Below are positions 1-12,739 of a stretch of DNA of 64,000 bases, one piece after another (the stretch's first letter is position 1; each line of letters opens with the position of its first letter). Origin of the DNA: Okamejei kenojei (lineage: Eukaryota); NCBI GenBank assembly GCA_035221665.1, contig CM069161.1, forward strand, positions 868,001 to 932,000, written 5' to 3'. The notes beneath the pieces are model-generated. The model saw only the letters and a program-made list of their open reading frames with translations, was not told the origin of the DNA and searched no databases. The position numbers were made by a program, and so were the translations under genes.

Positions 1-2228
1 TAGCTTCCTCCTCACAGCTAACACTGCCACCCAACTTCGTGTCATCTGCAAACTTGGAGATATTGCCTTCAATTCCCTCATCCAGATCATTAATATATAT
101 TGTAAGTAGCTGGGGTCCCAGCACTGAGCCCTGCGGTACCCCACTAGTCACTGCCTGCCATTGTGAAAAGGACCCGTTTACTCCTACTCTTTGCTTCCTG
201 TTTGCCAGCCCGTTCTCTATCCACATCAATACTGAACCCCTAATGCCGTATGCTTTAAGTTTGTATACTAATCTCTTATGTGGGACCTTGTTGAAAGCCT
301 TCTGGAAGTCCAGATATAACACATCCACTGGTTCTCCCTTATCTACGCTACTAGTTACATTCTCAAAAAATTCCACAAGATTCGTCAGACATGATTTACC
401 TTTGATTTCCAATGATTTCACCACTTTCCAAATGTGCTGCTATCCCATCTTTAATAACTGACTCTAGCAGTTTCCCCACTACCGATGTTAGACTAACTGG
501 TCTGTAATTCCCTGTTTTCTCTCTCCCTCCCTTCTTAAAAAGAGGGGTTACGTTTGCTACCCGCCAATCCTCAGGAACTACTCCAGAATCTAAAGAGTTT
601 TGAAAGAGTATCACTAATGCATCCACTATTTCCTGAGCTACTTCCTTAAGTACTCTGGGATGCAGCCTATCTGGCCCTGGGGATTTATCGGCCTTTAATC
701 CATTCAATTTACCCAACACCACTTCCCAACTAACCTGGATTTCACTCAATTCCTCATTTGACCCGCGGTCCCCTGCTATTTCCGACAGATTATTTATGTC
801 TTCCTTAGTGAAGACGGAACCAAAGTAATTATTCAATTGGTCCGCCATATCCTTGTTCCCCATGATCAACTCACCTGTTTCTGACTGCAAGGGACCTACA
901 TTTGTTTTAACTAATCTCTTTCTCTTCACATATCTATAAACACCTTTGCAGTCAGTTTTTATGTTCCCTGCTAGTTTTCTTTCATAATCTTTCATAATCT
1001 ATTTTTCCTTTCCTAATTAAGCCCTTTTCCTCCTCTGCTGGTCTCTGAATTTCTCCCAGTCCTCTGGAATGCTGCTTTTTCTGGCTACTTTGTACACATC
1101 ATCCTTTGCTTTGATACTATCCCTGATTTCCCTTGTTATCCACGGATGCACTACCTTCCCCGATTTATTATTTTGCCAAACTGGGATGAACAATTTTTGT
1201 AGTTCATCCATGCAGTCTTTAAATGTCTTCGATTGTATATCCACCGTCAACCCTTTTAGAATTAATTGCCAGTCAATCTTGGCCAATTCACGTCTCATAC
1301 CCTCAATGTTACCTTTCTTTAAGTTCAGAACCATTGTTTCTGAATTAACAATGTCACTCTCCATCCTAATGAAGAACTCAACCATATAATGGTCACTCTT
1401 GCCCAAGGGGGCACGTACAACAAGACGGCCAACTACCCCTTCCTCATTACTCAAAACCCAGTCTAAAATAGCCTGCTCTCTCGTTGGTTCCTCTACATGT
1501 TGATTTAGATAACTATCCCGCATACATTCCATAAAATCCTCTTCCTCAGCACCCCTGCCAATTTGATTCACCCAATCTATATGTAGGTTGAAGTCACCCA
1601 TTATAACGGTTTTGCCTTTGTCGCACGCATTTCTAATTTCCTGTTTGATACCATCCCCAACTTCACTGCTACTGTTAGGTGGCCTGTACACAACACCCGC
1701 CAGCGTTTTCTGCCCCTTAGTGTTTCGCAGCTCCACCCATACCGATTCCACATCCTCCAAGCTAATGTCCTTCCTTTCCATTGCGTTAATCTCCTCTCTA
1801 ACCAGCAACGCTACCCCACCTCCTTTTCCTTTCTCTCTATCCCTCCTGAATATTGGATATCCCTGGATGTTCAGCTCCCAGCCTACGTCACCCTGGAGCC
1901 ATGTCTCCGTGATCCCAACTATATCATAATCATTAATAGCTATCTGCACGTTCAACTCGTCCACCTTATTACGAATGCTCCTCGCATTGAGACACAAAGC
2001 CTTCAGGCTTGTCTTTACAACGCACTTACTCCTTATACACTTCTGCTGAAAAGTGGCCCTTTTTGATTTTTGCCCTGGTTTTGTCTGCCTGCCACTTTTA
2101 CTTTTCACCTTGCTACCTATTGCTTCTACCCTCATTTTTCACCCACCTGTCTCTCTGCTCTTGTACCCATCCCCCTGCCACATTAGTTTAAATCCTCCCC
2201 GACAGCACTAGCAAACACTCCCCCAAGA
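1..2228 (-). mobile_element. CR1-clade LINE: end of ORF1 and disrupted ORF2 (APE endonuclease and RT), running off the window edge
   Basis: ORF 1017-2135 has APE motifs (LNARS, GITETW, GGGV, VVYRPP, MGDFN, SDH). ORF 396-995 has KSPGPD and [20 protein letters not shown] lies at about 25-60. Lesions: a frameshift near 1020, a 10-bp duplication at 981-1000 and a deletion of the QHGF region near 405. Confidence 0.92.
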
Positions 2229-3769
2229 ATGTTATCTAAATTGTATTAGTTGTTTAAGTTATGACATCGGATGGACGCTGCATACCAAATCTCATTGTGC
2301 ATATGTGCAATGACAATAATATATTATTATTGTTATTATTATTAATTATACAGCTGTATCACAATGTCCGACGTCTGTCCTCAATCTCCTTCCCAATGAA
2401 CGCAAGTGTGTCAAATGCCTTCACCACTCTGCCCACCCAACTTGCCACTTTCAAGAAACCATGCACCTGTACTCCCAGATCTGTGATCGATAACACACTC
2501 CAGGCCTGTGCCATTTACTGTGCACGTCCTAACTTGGTTTGACATACCAAAGTGCAACACCTCACACTTGTCAGCGTAGCTAATTCAAGGTATCAACTAA
2601 TATCTCTTTTCATTCCATTCTAAATAAAGAACTCTGTTGATTCTGTTTTGACTTGCGTTACATGTATGCTCAGAACAGGTTTTCCCAGACTTCAGCCAGA
2701 GGTGGAGTGGAAGAGATCCAGAGCACGATCTGGTCCTGCAAACCTGGGACTGCACCCGACAGAATCTGGTGCCCATCACCAACACCCCAAAGAGAAAGCT
2801 GTGTGGCATGGGTTGGGCACAGTTCTGTGGCCAGGGGCCAAATCATGAACGTGGACAGTGTTGCTCAACCACAACTGATTTCAATCTTTCCACCATGACT
2901 CTTGGGTTCCTGCTGTCTGCTACAAGCCCCTCCAATGCACACAGAATCCCCAAATACACCCTGCATCTGATAAAGCAACGAGCCCAGGGCCAAAGCAAAG
3001 TCTAATCGCCAGACCCAGTGTTACTTGTGTGGTCTTGCCTGCTGCATGATTTAACTTGGCTGCAGAATAGAGAAGAGCAGCAGGGTGGCTGATAAATACC
3101 ATCAGAAACAACACCAGAGATTACAACACAACATAAAATTACACTAATCTTCCAGTCCAGAAATAATAAACCAGGACTGCTCACACCAGCAGCTGTAACT
3201 AGATCGAGTAAACTGACCACAGGGTCTTCCACTACAGCCTGGTCTGGGACTATTGGCCAATCCTGCACATGGAACCTTGGTGCAAGATAACCATTCCAGA
3301 ACTCCCACGTCAGTGGAGAAACAAAATCATTTGGACGAACTGGAAATTAAAAACAAAAATACCGTGAACTTTAAGGATTTTTCTTTATTTACCTGGCAAA
3401 GCATCGACAAATAACAAAAGTCCCTTCACACAAGACAGCGGACGGGTGCAATTCAGGAGTAAGACTATTCCAAAAGCTAAAATCTACAGATGTGGGATAT
3501 ATAATGAAATAATATATAATATATAATGAAAGAAATATAGAAAATGCTGGACATATAGATCTAGAGGCAGATGCAGTGTGATTAACATGTAATAAAATTA
3601 CAGTTTCAGCTTTTCATAATCATGCGCACACCACTTGTATGGAGAACCCAAAGGTCAAGAGGGAATCTACATTATGTCAGCCAGTGGACACTGGTGGAGC
3701 CCGTGCACTTGGAGGGAGGGGTCTAGAAGTTTGGCTCTTTTAAGAGTTTAGGTGACAAGGATAGGATAA

Positions 3770-5960
3770 AACAGCCCACCCTGGACTTCCACACTGGACC
3801 CCCCACTCTCCACCCTATCTACTTTCCAGCTTCCAACAGTCAAAGAAATAACTAAACTCATCACCAAGTCCAAGAACTCCTCCTGCCTGCTTGATCCCAT
3901 CCCTACTGTCCTGGTTAAATCCTGTCTGCCCTCTATCTCACCCATCATATCGTCCATAATTAACTCCTCCCTATTAACTGCTACTGTCCCTACATCTCTC
4001 AAAACAGCTTCTGACACCCCGATTCTAAAAAATACAGGTTCTGATCCAAACAATCCAAATAACTGCCGCCCCATCTCCAAGCTCCCATTCATCACTAAAC
4101 TTCTGGAAAGGACAGCAGCGACACAACTTCAAGTCCACCTTCAAAACAATAACCTCTATGAACCATTTCAGTCCGGTTTTCGCCACAATCACAGCACTGA
4201 AACAGCCTTGGTAAAAATTACAAATGACCTCCTTCTCGCAGGTGACACGGGCCACTTATCCATCCTGATCCTCCTCGACCTCACTGCAGCCTCTGACACC
4301 ATCTCCTCCTCGACCTCACTGCAGCCTCTGACACCATCTCCCCCTCGACCTCACGGCAGCCTCTGACACCATCTCCTCCTCGACCTCACGGCAGACTCTG
4401 ACACCATCTCCTCCTCGACCTCACGGCAGCCTCTGACACCATCTCCTCCTCGACCTCACGGCAGACTCTGACACCATCTCCTCCTCGACCTCACGGCAGA
4501 CTCTGACACCATCTCCTCCTCGACCTCACGGCAGCCTCTGACACCATCTCCCCCTCGACCTCACGGCAGACTCTGACACCATCTCCCCCTCGACCTCACG
4601 GCACTCTGACACCATCTCCTCCCTCGACCTCACGGCAGCCTCTGACACCATCTCCTCCTCGACCTCACGGCAGACTCTGACACCATCTCCCACCCAATTC
4701 TTCTGGAACGTTTATCTGCCACCGGCATCAACAACAACGCACTACTTTGGTTCAGGTCCTCTCTACACGACAGAAAACAGTTCATCCAGGGAAATAAAGT
4801 CACATCCACAACTGCCACAGTCACCCATGGTGTTCCGCAGGGATCGGTGCTGGGGCCACTGCTTTTTATCATCTATATTCAACCGCTTGGCAATATTCTC
4901 CGTCATTTTGGAATCAATTTTCACTGCTACGACGATGATACACAACGTTACCTCTCCACAAAACCAACACCTCCCTTCCCCCAACTGCCCGCACCACCTG
5001 TCTTCAAGCTATCAGCAACTGGATGTCACTCAACCTTCTAAAACTCAATGGAAATAAAACAGAAATCATGCTAATTGGCTCAAAGTCCACACTCTCCAAA
5101 ACCCACCCGTTCCCATTTCAGTTGATGGCTCACCCATACCCACCGCCTCCCATGTCAAAAGTCTCGGCGTCATTCTGGACAATACACGTTCCTTTGGCCC
5201 CCACATCAGCAATATCACACGCGCTGTATACTTTCATCTCCGCAACTTCTCCAGACTCCGCCCCTCCCTCTCCAAAGACAATACAAAAGTCCTCATCCAC
5301 GCTCTGGTCACATCCCGCATCGATTACTGCAACGCCCTCCTCACTTGCATCGCCAATAAACTTCTTTATCGCCTCCGATGCATTCAGAACTCTGCAGCCC
5401 GGATCATCACCCGCGCCAGATCATCGGACCACATCACACCCATCCTCACTCAGCTCCACTGGCTGCCTGTGCACCAAAGGATTAACTACAAGATTTTACT
5501 GCTGACCTTCAAGCCCTACACCACCTTGCTCCCCAATACCTCTCTGACCTGCTGCTACCATACACTCCTTCCCGGTCACTTCCTTCCTCCTCTGCTGCAA
5601 GTTTAACTGTCCCCACATTTAGACTCAGCACCATGGGTGCCAGAGCCTTCAGCTGCTCTGCCCCACGTCTCTGGAACACTCTGCCACCTCCCATCCGTCA
5701 CCTGGACACTATCCATCAATTCAAATCACAACTCAAAACACACCTGTTTAGATTAGCATACCCGACATAACTGCCACCATGTCCACCCTGATTTTAATGA
5801 CTTAAAATGTTTGTGTATTTTTGCTTTTGTTTTTGTTTTTTGTTTTTTAATCAACTTGATTTTAATATTGATACTGTATTGTGATTTTATGTCCTGTAAG
5901 GTGTCCTTGGGTGTCCAGAAAGGCGCCAGCAAATAAAATGCATTATTATTATTATTATTA
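3770..5960 (+). mobile_element. L2-clade LINE, 5'-truncated and decayed (RT and C-terminal domain), with an (ATT)n tail
   Basis: [56 protein letters not shown] (YADD site), SRIDYCN and LHWLPV; ends aaataaaatgc(att)n. Confidence 0.9.
4271..4689 (+). repeat. 35-bp minisatellite, about 12 copies, inside the L2 RT domain
   Basis: Unit ctcctcgacctcacggcagcctctgacaccatctc starting at 4271, 4306, 4341 and so on, with no spacers. Confidence 0.95.
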
Positions 5961-7132
5961 AAATATTGGTGGTGATCGGTGACAGATTGGGGAGCCTGGT
6001 CTGAGGCAATACTGGGATGGGCAGCGGGCCCAGTGTGGGATTCATGCACGATGCTGATACACTTGGCAGCCATCAGAGTCTGGTGTTACAACAGTGAAAG
6101 CTACCTCCATGGCGTGACCAGTACAATGTGGCCCATGTATTTCTCATTACTCCAGTACAGAGAATCCAGGAGGAACAATCCCATCCGTCTCGGACAGTTG
6201 CAATATCGTAAATTGCTTGTTACCACATATGTAAAATCTAGAACGATACAGCAAAGGCCCTTCAGCCCACTGAGGCCATGCCAGCCATCAGACATACACT
6301 GACACCAATCCAACACTAATCCCACTCTACTGTTCCTCACATTCCCAACAACTGCCCCTTACAGTCCATCACTCATCTACATGTTAGGGACAATTTACAA
6401 TGGTCAATAACCTACTGATGAGTGATATGTGGAGTTTACATGTTTTTCCTGTGATTGTATGGCTTTCCCCAATGTGCTCTGGATTCCTCTTAACATCCCA
6501 AAGACATGAGGCTTGGTAAATTAATTTGACATTATAAATTGTTTTGAATGTGTGGCTGAGGGATAGAATGAGGGGAGAGTTGATGGGAATGTGGCGTGAG
6601 TACAGAATGAGATTAACATAGGATTAGTGTAAACATAGGGTGGTTGATTGACCCATGGTCTCTGCTCTTGTCCTTCAGTTCTACGATTTGCATGGATTCT
6701 GTATGCTGGATTTCGTCCCTACCCAAGATTGTTGGTGCCTCTCTGACACAACGGGATCCGTGAAATGCCGCTTCAAAGGATTTGACATCCATGTGCATCG
6801 TTGTGGTATTTTGAGTTCAGCAGGGAACCAAATTTGTTCCACTGAGGTTGAACATAATGGAAGCAATGCCCTTGGTTCTGGCAGTGAGAATCGTCTCTGG
6901 TACTGTGCACACAATCAGCAACATGCTCCAGGCTGCTGGCGGAGTTGGGACTCCCAGCCTCCCAGGGAGAGCTCATAAAAGTCACGTCGAGATGTCATTG
7001 TTGAGAAACCCATTTCCAGCCAGTCAGTTACACTAGTAACAGTGACAGAGATACAGACCCAAACCCTATTCTCTTACTTCAGTGGAATTGAGGAAGCTAA
7101 AGATAGTGCTGCCCAGCAGGGTCTTGAGTCAG

Positions 7133-7521
7133 GCAGGAGAGGGTGGAGGGAAGGAGGGAGCGTGGGGGAGGGTGGGGGGGAAGGAGGGAGAGGGTGGGGG
7201 AGGAGGGAGGGAGAGGGGTGGGAGGGTGGGGGGGAGGGAGAGGGTGGGGAGGGAGGGAGAGGGTGGGGGGGAGGAGAGAGGGTGGGGGGGAGGAGGGAGG
7301 GGTGGGGGGGGGAAGGAGGGAGAGGGTGGGGGGAGGAGGAGCGGGTGGGGGGAGGAGGAGGGAAGAGGGTGGGGAAGGAGGGAGAGGGTGGGGGGAAGGA
7401 GGGAGAGGGTGGGGGAAGGAGGGAGAGTGTGGGGGAAGGAGGAGAGGTGGGGAGGAGGGAGAGGGTGGGGGAAGGAGGGAGAGGGTGGGGGAAGCAGGGA
7501 GAGGGTGGGGGAAGGAGGGAG
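7133..7521 (+). repeat. Purine/G-rich degenerate ~20-bp tandem repeat (GGGAGAGGGTGGGGGAAGGA)n
   Basis: Read directly from the sequence; it generates the spurious Gly/Pro-rich ORFs in all frames. Confidence 0.9.
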
Positions 7522-8413
7522 AGCCATGGAAGGAGTATGAAGCAGAATAACATCACTACGCTGAGTGCTAAAACAGCAAACAAAATGTGGGGTATGTGAC
7601 ATACAGTGCTAAAGGCAAAGCATTCAGGACATGCAAACATTCAGGGAGGTTGCAGCGAAGTGTAGAGAAAACAAAAGTGAGCATGAATTCCCACCTTTGC
7701 AATATTTCACCCTCTCGCTGTGCAAAAATCTACCTACCTTGTGGCCTTAAAAATACTCAAATTCTCTTCTTCCAGTTAGGAAGAGTTCCAAATACTCTTA
7801 ACCCTCAGAAACAATTTAATCTCATCTATCTTAAATGGGCTGCTCCTTATTTTTAACAGTGGCCTCAGGTCTACATTTGACCATGAATAGAAGCATCCTC
7901 TCCTGTCAAGACCCCTCAGGATATTGTATATCAACCAGGAGTCCTCTCCCTCAACTGAAACCCAAAGGATGAATCTTTGGGCCTACCTTTCTCCATCAAC
8001 CCGTCCATTCCACGTACCAATCTACTGTTTCCAATACATTCACTGCCTTTCTTGAAAAGGAGCACAGATAGTAAGCACCGGATCCCGGTTCACAACTGAT
8101 AGCGCTCTCGGTCCTGGAGTCCAAACTCTTACACACATGTCCAAAATACTTTTGCAAACATACATATTGGGGCTGTGTGCTTGGGTGGGGACCAAGACTT
8201 GATCCCATCTTCACTGGCGATTCTCAAGCATCGAGACACTTGCCTCAACACCAAGGTGTAACAGCGGCAACCAGGGCAACAGTGCAACCTTGCGGAACAG
8301 CTCCTGACCTTCTGTCTGCTCATCTTCTGTCCCAGCTTCCAGGCTCACAATCAGGTTTAACAATTTCAGGTAACTTGCTTCACTTGCCCAGAATCAGGAG
8401 TGGCCAAGTCTGT

Positions 8414-8560
8414 AGGGGCTAGTGGAGTCGAGGGATATGGGGAGAAGGCAGGCACGGGTTATTGATAGTGGACGATCAGCCATGATCACAATGAATGGCG
8501 GTGCTGGCTCAAAGGGCTGAATGGCCTCCTCCTGCACCTATTTTCTAGGTTTCTATGTTT
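8414..8560 (+). mobile_element. CR1 3' end fragment
   Basis: gatcagccatgatcacaatgaatggcggtgctggctc...aatggcctcctcctgcacctattttcta tail shared with the other CR1 copies. Confidence 0.8.
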
Positions 8561-9055
8561 CTGTCACCCAATCTGTAACATTGGCCATGTTATTCTCTCT
8601 CCAGGGTCATTTGTACAGCTCTGCATTTCACCGCTTTTTACATTTCTTTATTATCAAACAAATGATCCCTCCCATCACAACTACATCACTTAATTCACAG
8701 ATTATCACTGCAACCTTGGCCTGTTTGAGAGATACTTTCTTTATCCCAACCAGCCCTCCCAACTAACTTGTTTTCACAGATTCCCTAGTTCTGATGGAGA
8801 GTGTTTGACTGAAACATGAACTCTCCTGCCCTGTCAGTAGATGCTGCCCGACTTGCTGAGTGATTCCAGCATTTTGTGTTTCACATTCAACAACACTTAC
8901 AGTCGCTGGAATTCTGATTAGCATCAGTTTGCGCTGTGACCTCTGGAGGGCACAATTCAGAGAGACAATCAATATTGTAGCACCCGACCGCACAGTGAAT
9001 GAGCAGCTGACCACACTCACCCCAGCTCACCCATGCCCATGCGCCAGGTCCTTAC

Positions 9056-9286
9056 CATCTTTCCTGTAGTACAGCAGTTCTACTTTCACCTCTTCCGACC
9101 CCAGCAGAGCCTGTGCCAGCTGTGCCACAGCACTCTCTGGGGTGGCTGGTCCAGTCAGGAAGTCACAAGTGCCTGGTTTCTGCATGATCTCGACCCGGGA
9201 GTAGCCGAACATTTCACAAAAGCCATCATTGCAGAAGATGATTGCACAGTTTTTCATTCGAACATTGATGATGAGAAACTTCCGAT
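9056..9286 (-). CDS. KCNH6: KCNH6 coding exon 2 (231 nt; PAS domain)
   Basis: Acceptor tctttctctcctag, then (N)[76 protein letters not shown](G), then a GTAAGG donor. In phase with exon 1. The 231-nt length matches ERG exon 2. DFLTGPxTPxSAV and LYYRKD are erg2-like. Confidence 0.93.
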
Positions 9287-9319
9287 CTAGGAGAGAAAGA
9301 ACAGGAATTACACAGAGGT

Positions 9320-9659
9320 TAAGGGCTTGGACACGCTAGAGGCAGGAAACATGTTCCTGATGTTGGGGGAGTCCAGAACCACGGGTCACAGTTTACGAAT
9401 TAGAAGTAAGCCATTTAGAACGGTGACGAGGAAACACTTTTTCTCACAGAGAGTGGTGAGTCTGTGGAATTCTCTGCTTCAGAAGGCGGTGGAGCCAGGT
9501 TCTCTGGATGCTTTCAAGAGAGAGCTAGATAGGACTCTTAAAAATAGTGGAGTCAGGGGATATGGGGTACTGATTGGGGATGATCAGCCATGATCACATT
9601 GAATGGAGGTGCTGGCTCGAAGGGCTGAATGGCCTACTCCTAAACCTATTGCCTATTGT
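9320..9659 (+). mobile_element. CR1 3' fragment with a probable 7-bp TSD (cagaggt)
   Basis: GESRTTGHSL...FFSQRVVSLWNSL ORF2 C-terminus plus 3'UTR; cagaggt at 9313-9319 and 9660-9666. Confidence 0.87.
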
Positions 9660-11049
9660 CAGAGGTCAGAGCAAAGCAATCAACTCCTTCATCTTCTCCC
9701 AATAGTGTTATCAACCCTCCCAGGACTGCCCTGTATTTTCCAGCAACTGAACATCAATCCCTGGATTAAATTACAAATAATACAGTAAAAAAATCAAAAA
9801 AAGTATTAAAATACATTTAATTTGAAACTTACTGTACACACTTATTAATCAGACAAATTCCGAGGTTGGGGAGGATAGCTCCAGCTGCCTAGATTCATTT
9901 GAAGGAAGCTTGATGATATAATATGTCGGGATGTCCCAGAGTCCCTCATCCTCAGCCATACTTGACCATCCCAGTGTAGCAACCTATTGTGAGCACATGG
10001 TTCTCTCTGCTCTCTCCTCTCCTAGTCATCTCACATCTCATTCATCGTCACCTATTTGCAAGTCCTCCAGTCATTTGCAATTAGCTGTTGCATTTGCTGG
10101 CACCACAGCACATGTGTCAGTCACTCCATCTAATCATAGACATTTCTCTTAAATATTGCCTCTTTTTACACAACGGAATAAAAAATCATTTTCAGTCCAT
10201 TTAAAGCTAATCAATGAATAATGAGAATTGATTGCTGCTGCCTCACCTGTTGAGTATTTCCTGCATTTTTTTTAAAGAAAATCTTAATCTTTTCAGAGTT
10301 ATTATTAAAGCAAAATAAAAATGAAATTGCCTCCATTAGACATCACCTTTGCCCTCTTACAGACATAATAGTTTATTCAGTGCGTTGCTCTCAAATGGAC
10401 TGTCGTTTTGTGGCAGACACTTCAGAAATCTGCACTGAATTGGGGGTGCTCCTCTTGGACATGGATTTAATGCACCCTTTGGGTGGAGACCACACATGCA
10501 TAGTTGCTTACTTGTGTGAGGCTGATATCACAAATTGTTTGAGGGGTTAGGACTGGATTTCCCAGCGATGTTAACACAGCAACATTCTAGCAAAATGGTG
10601 AAATCCATTTCATGAGCAAAAGACATGCAGTAGGTTGACTCACAGGGCAGACAGAATCTGACAGCTACAATCTTCAGGACTGGTCCAATGCTGGGGTTGC
10701 TGAGGCACTCTGGACAACAGATATTGAATTCCCCACCTACTGTACATTTTCACCTCTTGCTAGTCTTTGTGCATGAATACTTGAGCACAGGAATAAACAT
10801 ACAACAGTACAGCCCGAGAACAGAACCTTCGGCCCACAATGTCTGGCCATCACTTATCGGCCTGCACATAATCCATATCCCTGCATTCCCTACATATCCA
10901 TATGCCTATCCAAACATCTTTTAAGTGGCACTATGGTATCTGCCTCAACCACCAGCCCTGGCAGCATATTCCAGGCTCTCGTCACCCTTTGTGTAAAAAA
11001 AAGTTACCCTGCACATCTTCTGCCCCTGCAAAAAGTTACCCTGCACTAT

Positions 11050-11267
11050 CTTACACACACTAGGGACAATCTACATTTACACCAAGCCAATTAACCTACA
11101 AACCTGTACGCCTTTGGAGTGTGGGAAGAAACTGAAGATCTCGGAGGAAACCCACACAGGTCAAGTGGGAAAATGTACAAACTCCGTACAGACAGCACCC
11201 GTAGTCAGGATCGAACCCAGGACCCAGATCCCAGACACTGGAAGGCAGCAACTCTACTACTGTGCCA
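11050..11267 (-). mobile_element. HE1-like tRNA-derived V-SINE
   Basis: Reverse complement of the tRNA-like head and the gtgggtttcctccgag...ttcttcccacactccaaag V-domain. Confidence 0.8.
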
Positions 11268-11719
11268 ACTCAAGGAGTGGCCAGAACTGCACTCCAATGC
11301 AGCTACATCATGAATAAAAACAGGTTCCTTCAGCTGGAGTTTTGGAACAATTTCCACAGTGGCCACACCTCCCACGTTATGTAACTAAATGATGCAAGAT
11401 CTTCTCCAATAGGCTCCTTAAAACCTGCACATCATTACAATTTCCTTCATCAGCGAGGACATGGCTTATCCCTACATTTCAGACCCAATTTTCCAAACAA
11501 CTTAATGATGGGCTCTTTGATAAGATGGGGATTAAATGTGTTGCATCAGGCTTGTTGTCACCTCCACAAAGCAGTATTGTTTATTCACGCTGCACTATAA
11601 ACTACCAAATGCAGATCGGTTTATCCATTTGAGCCCCAAACATAAAACTTGCATTCTACGTCTGAATTTCTGAGGTAACGTGTGGCTGCCAAAGCAAAGA
11701 ACAAAGTCATGGGCTACGT

Positions 11720-12010
11720 TGCGTGGAGTTCACATCCTACCACTTCAACCAACTTCCTTGTCATTTTAATACAATCTACTCCTTCCTTTCAACAAGCTCT
11801 CTTCTGGTTTTGTGGCTACTTCGTGAATCATTTGTTCAGCTGCCTGCAAGCATGAACCCCGACTTCCTCTGCCTGCTACCTAGTTCTCCTTCCCACTCGA
11901 TTCCAATCTGAGTTTGCAGAACACTGTACACGACTCTGTGGAAACTTGTTCTGAACAAACGATGCAAGCTCAAAGAACTGCATCTTGTTTTTCAGCTGGG
12001 CACTTTATAT
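11720..12010 (+). mobile_element. Decayed Penelope-like element, GIY-YIG endonuclease remnant
   Basis: About 11960-12007 translates RCKLKELHLVFQLGTL, homologous to KLEEQHLIFRLGTL at 61935-61975 on the minus strand. Confidence 0.55.
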
Positions 12011-12336
12011 GAAGTTACTCACACTAGAATTGTCCGTCACAATTTTCTATTTATATACATCTCATCCAAATCATTTGTTTAATCTGTGTCTCATTGGCCC
12101 TTTTACCTTAACTTTCATTATTTAATATCTCACGTTCCACGCAGCCAGTGAGCGTTGTCACTTCCCCATGCTTGTGTACTTGCAGTAACATGACTCCTGG
12201 ATGCACTAAACGCTACCATTACCCATTATTTTACAACCACTAATCAGGAAGTTCTCCCGGGGAATTGAGAATCACTCAAAAGATGCTAGATATTTAATTT
12301 AACATTAGCCTCATAGCACGTTACCAACTCACAAAA

Positions 12337-12450
12337 GGGTCAGAAGAAGGGTCCCGACCCGAAACGTCACCTATCCCTTTTGTCCAGAGATGCTGCCTGA
12401 CACACTGAGTTACTCCAGCAATTCGTGTCTATCTTTGGTATAATCCACAG
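12337..12450 (+). mobile_element. Penelope-derived terminal repeat fragment with a hammerhead-like motif
   Basis: gggt-cagaaga-agggtcccgaccc-gaaa-cgtc-acct followed by gatgctgcctga...gagttactccagca. Confidence 0.7.
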
Positions 12451-12739
12451 TTTCTATCCATTCTTTCATATTCATTAAAAAAAAGAACTAATTGTTGGAA
12501 ATTGAAAATAATAACAGAAAATGGTAGAAAATTCAGCCAATCAAAGTAGTCTCATGAAGTTCTGACACTTTGCCGATCCAAATCTTTGTCTGGTTTTCTT
12601 TTTACAGATGCCGAGCTTTTCCAGCGTTTCCACTGTTTTTACCTCAATTTACATTTCTTAATGACAAAGGTGGAGAGTCAATCCATTCAATCTTCACTGG
12701 GTGTCAGAAACATCCCATCAATCAGTGCCCCCACTTATT

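Noticed and set aside
39-1929. Plus-strand ORFs 39-461, 1069-1389 and 1588-1929
   Set aside because: Antisense shadows of the CR1 ORF2.
4271-4689. CRISPR-like array of 35-bp repeats
   Set aside because: Units are head-to-tail with no unique spacers, derive from the L2 RT sequence, and there are no cas genes; the context is eukaryotic.
7042-7640. Gly/Glu/Arg- or Pro/Ser-rich ORFs in several frames
   Set aside because: Stop-free low-complexity repeat that is open on both strands; no evidence of coding.
6613-8323. Minus-strand ORFs (6613-6985 and 7996-8323) as KCNH6 exon 3 or 4
   Set aside because: No VPVKNE/FILNF or other ERG similarity, and frames are broken by stops.
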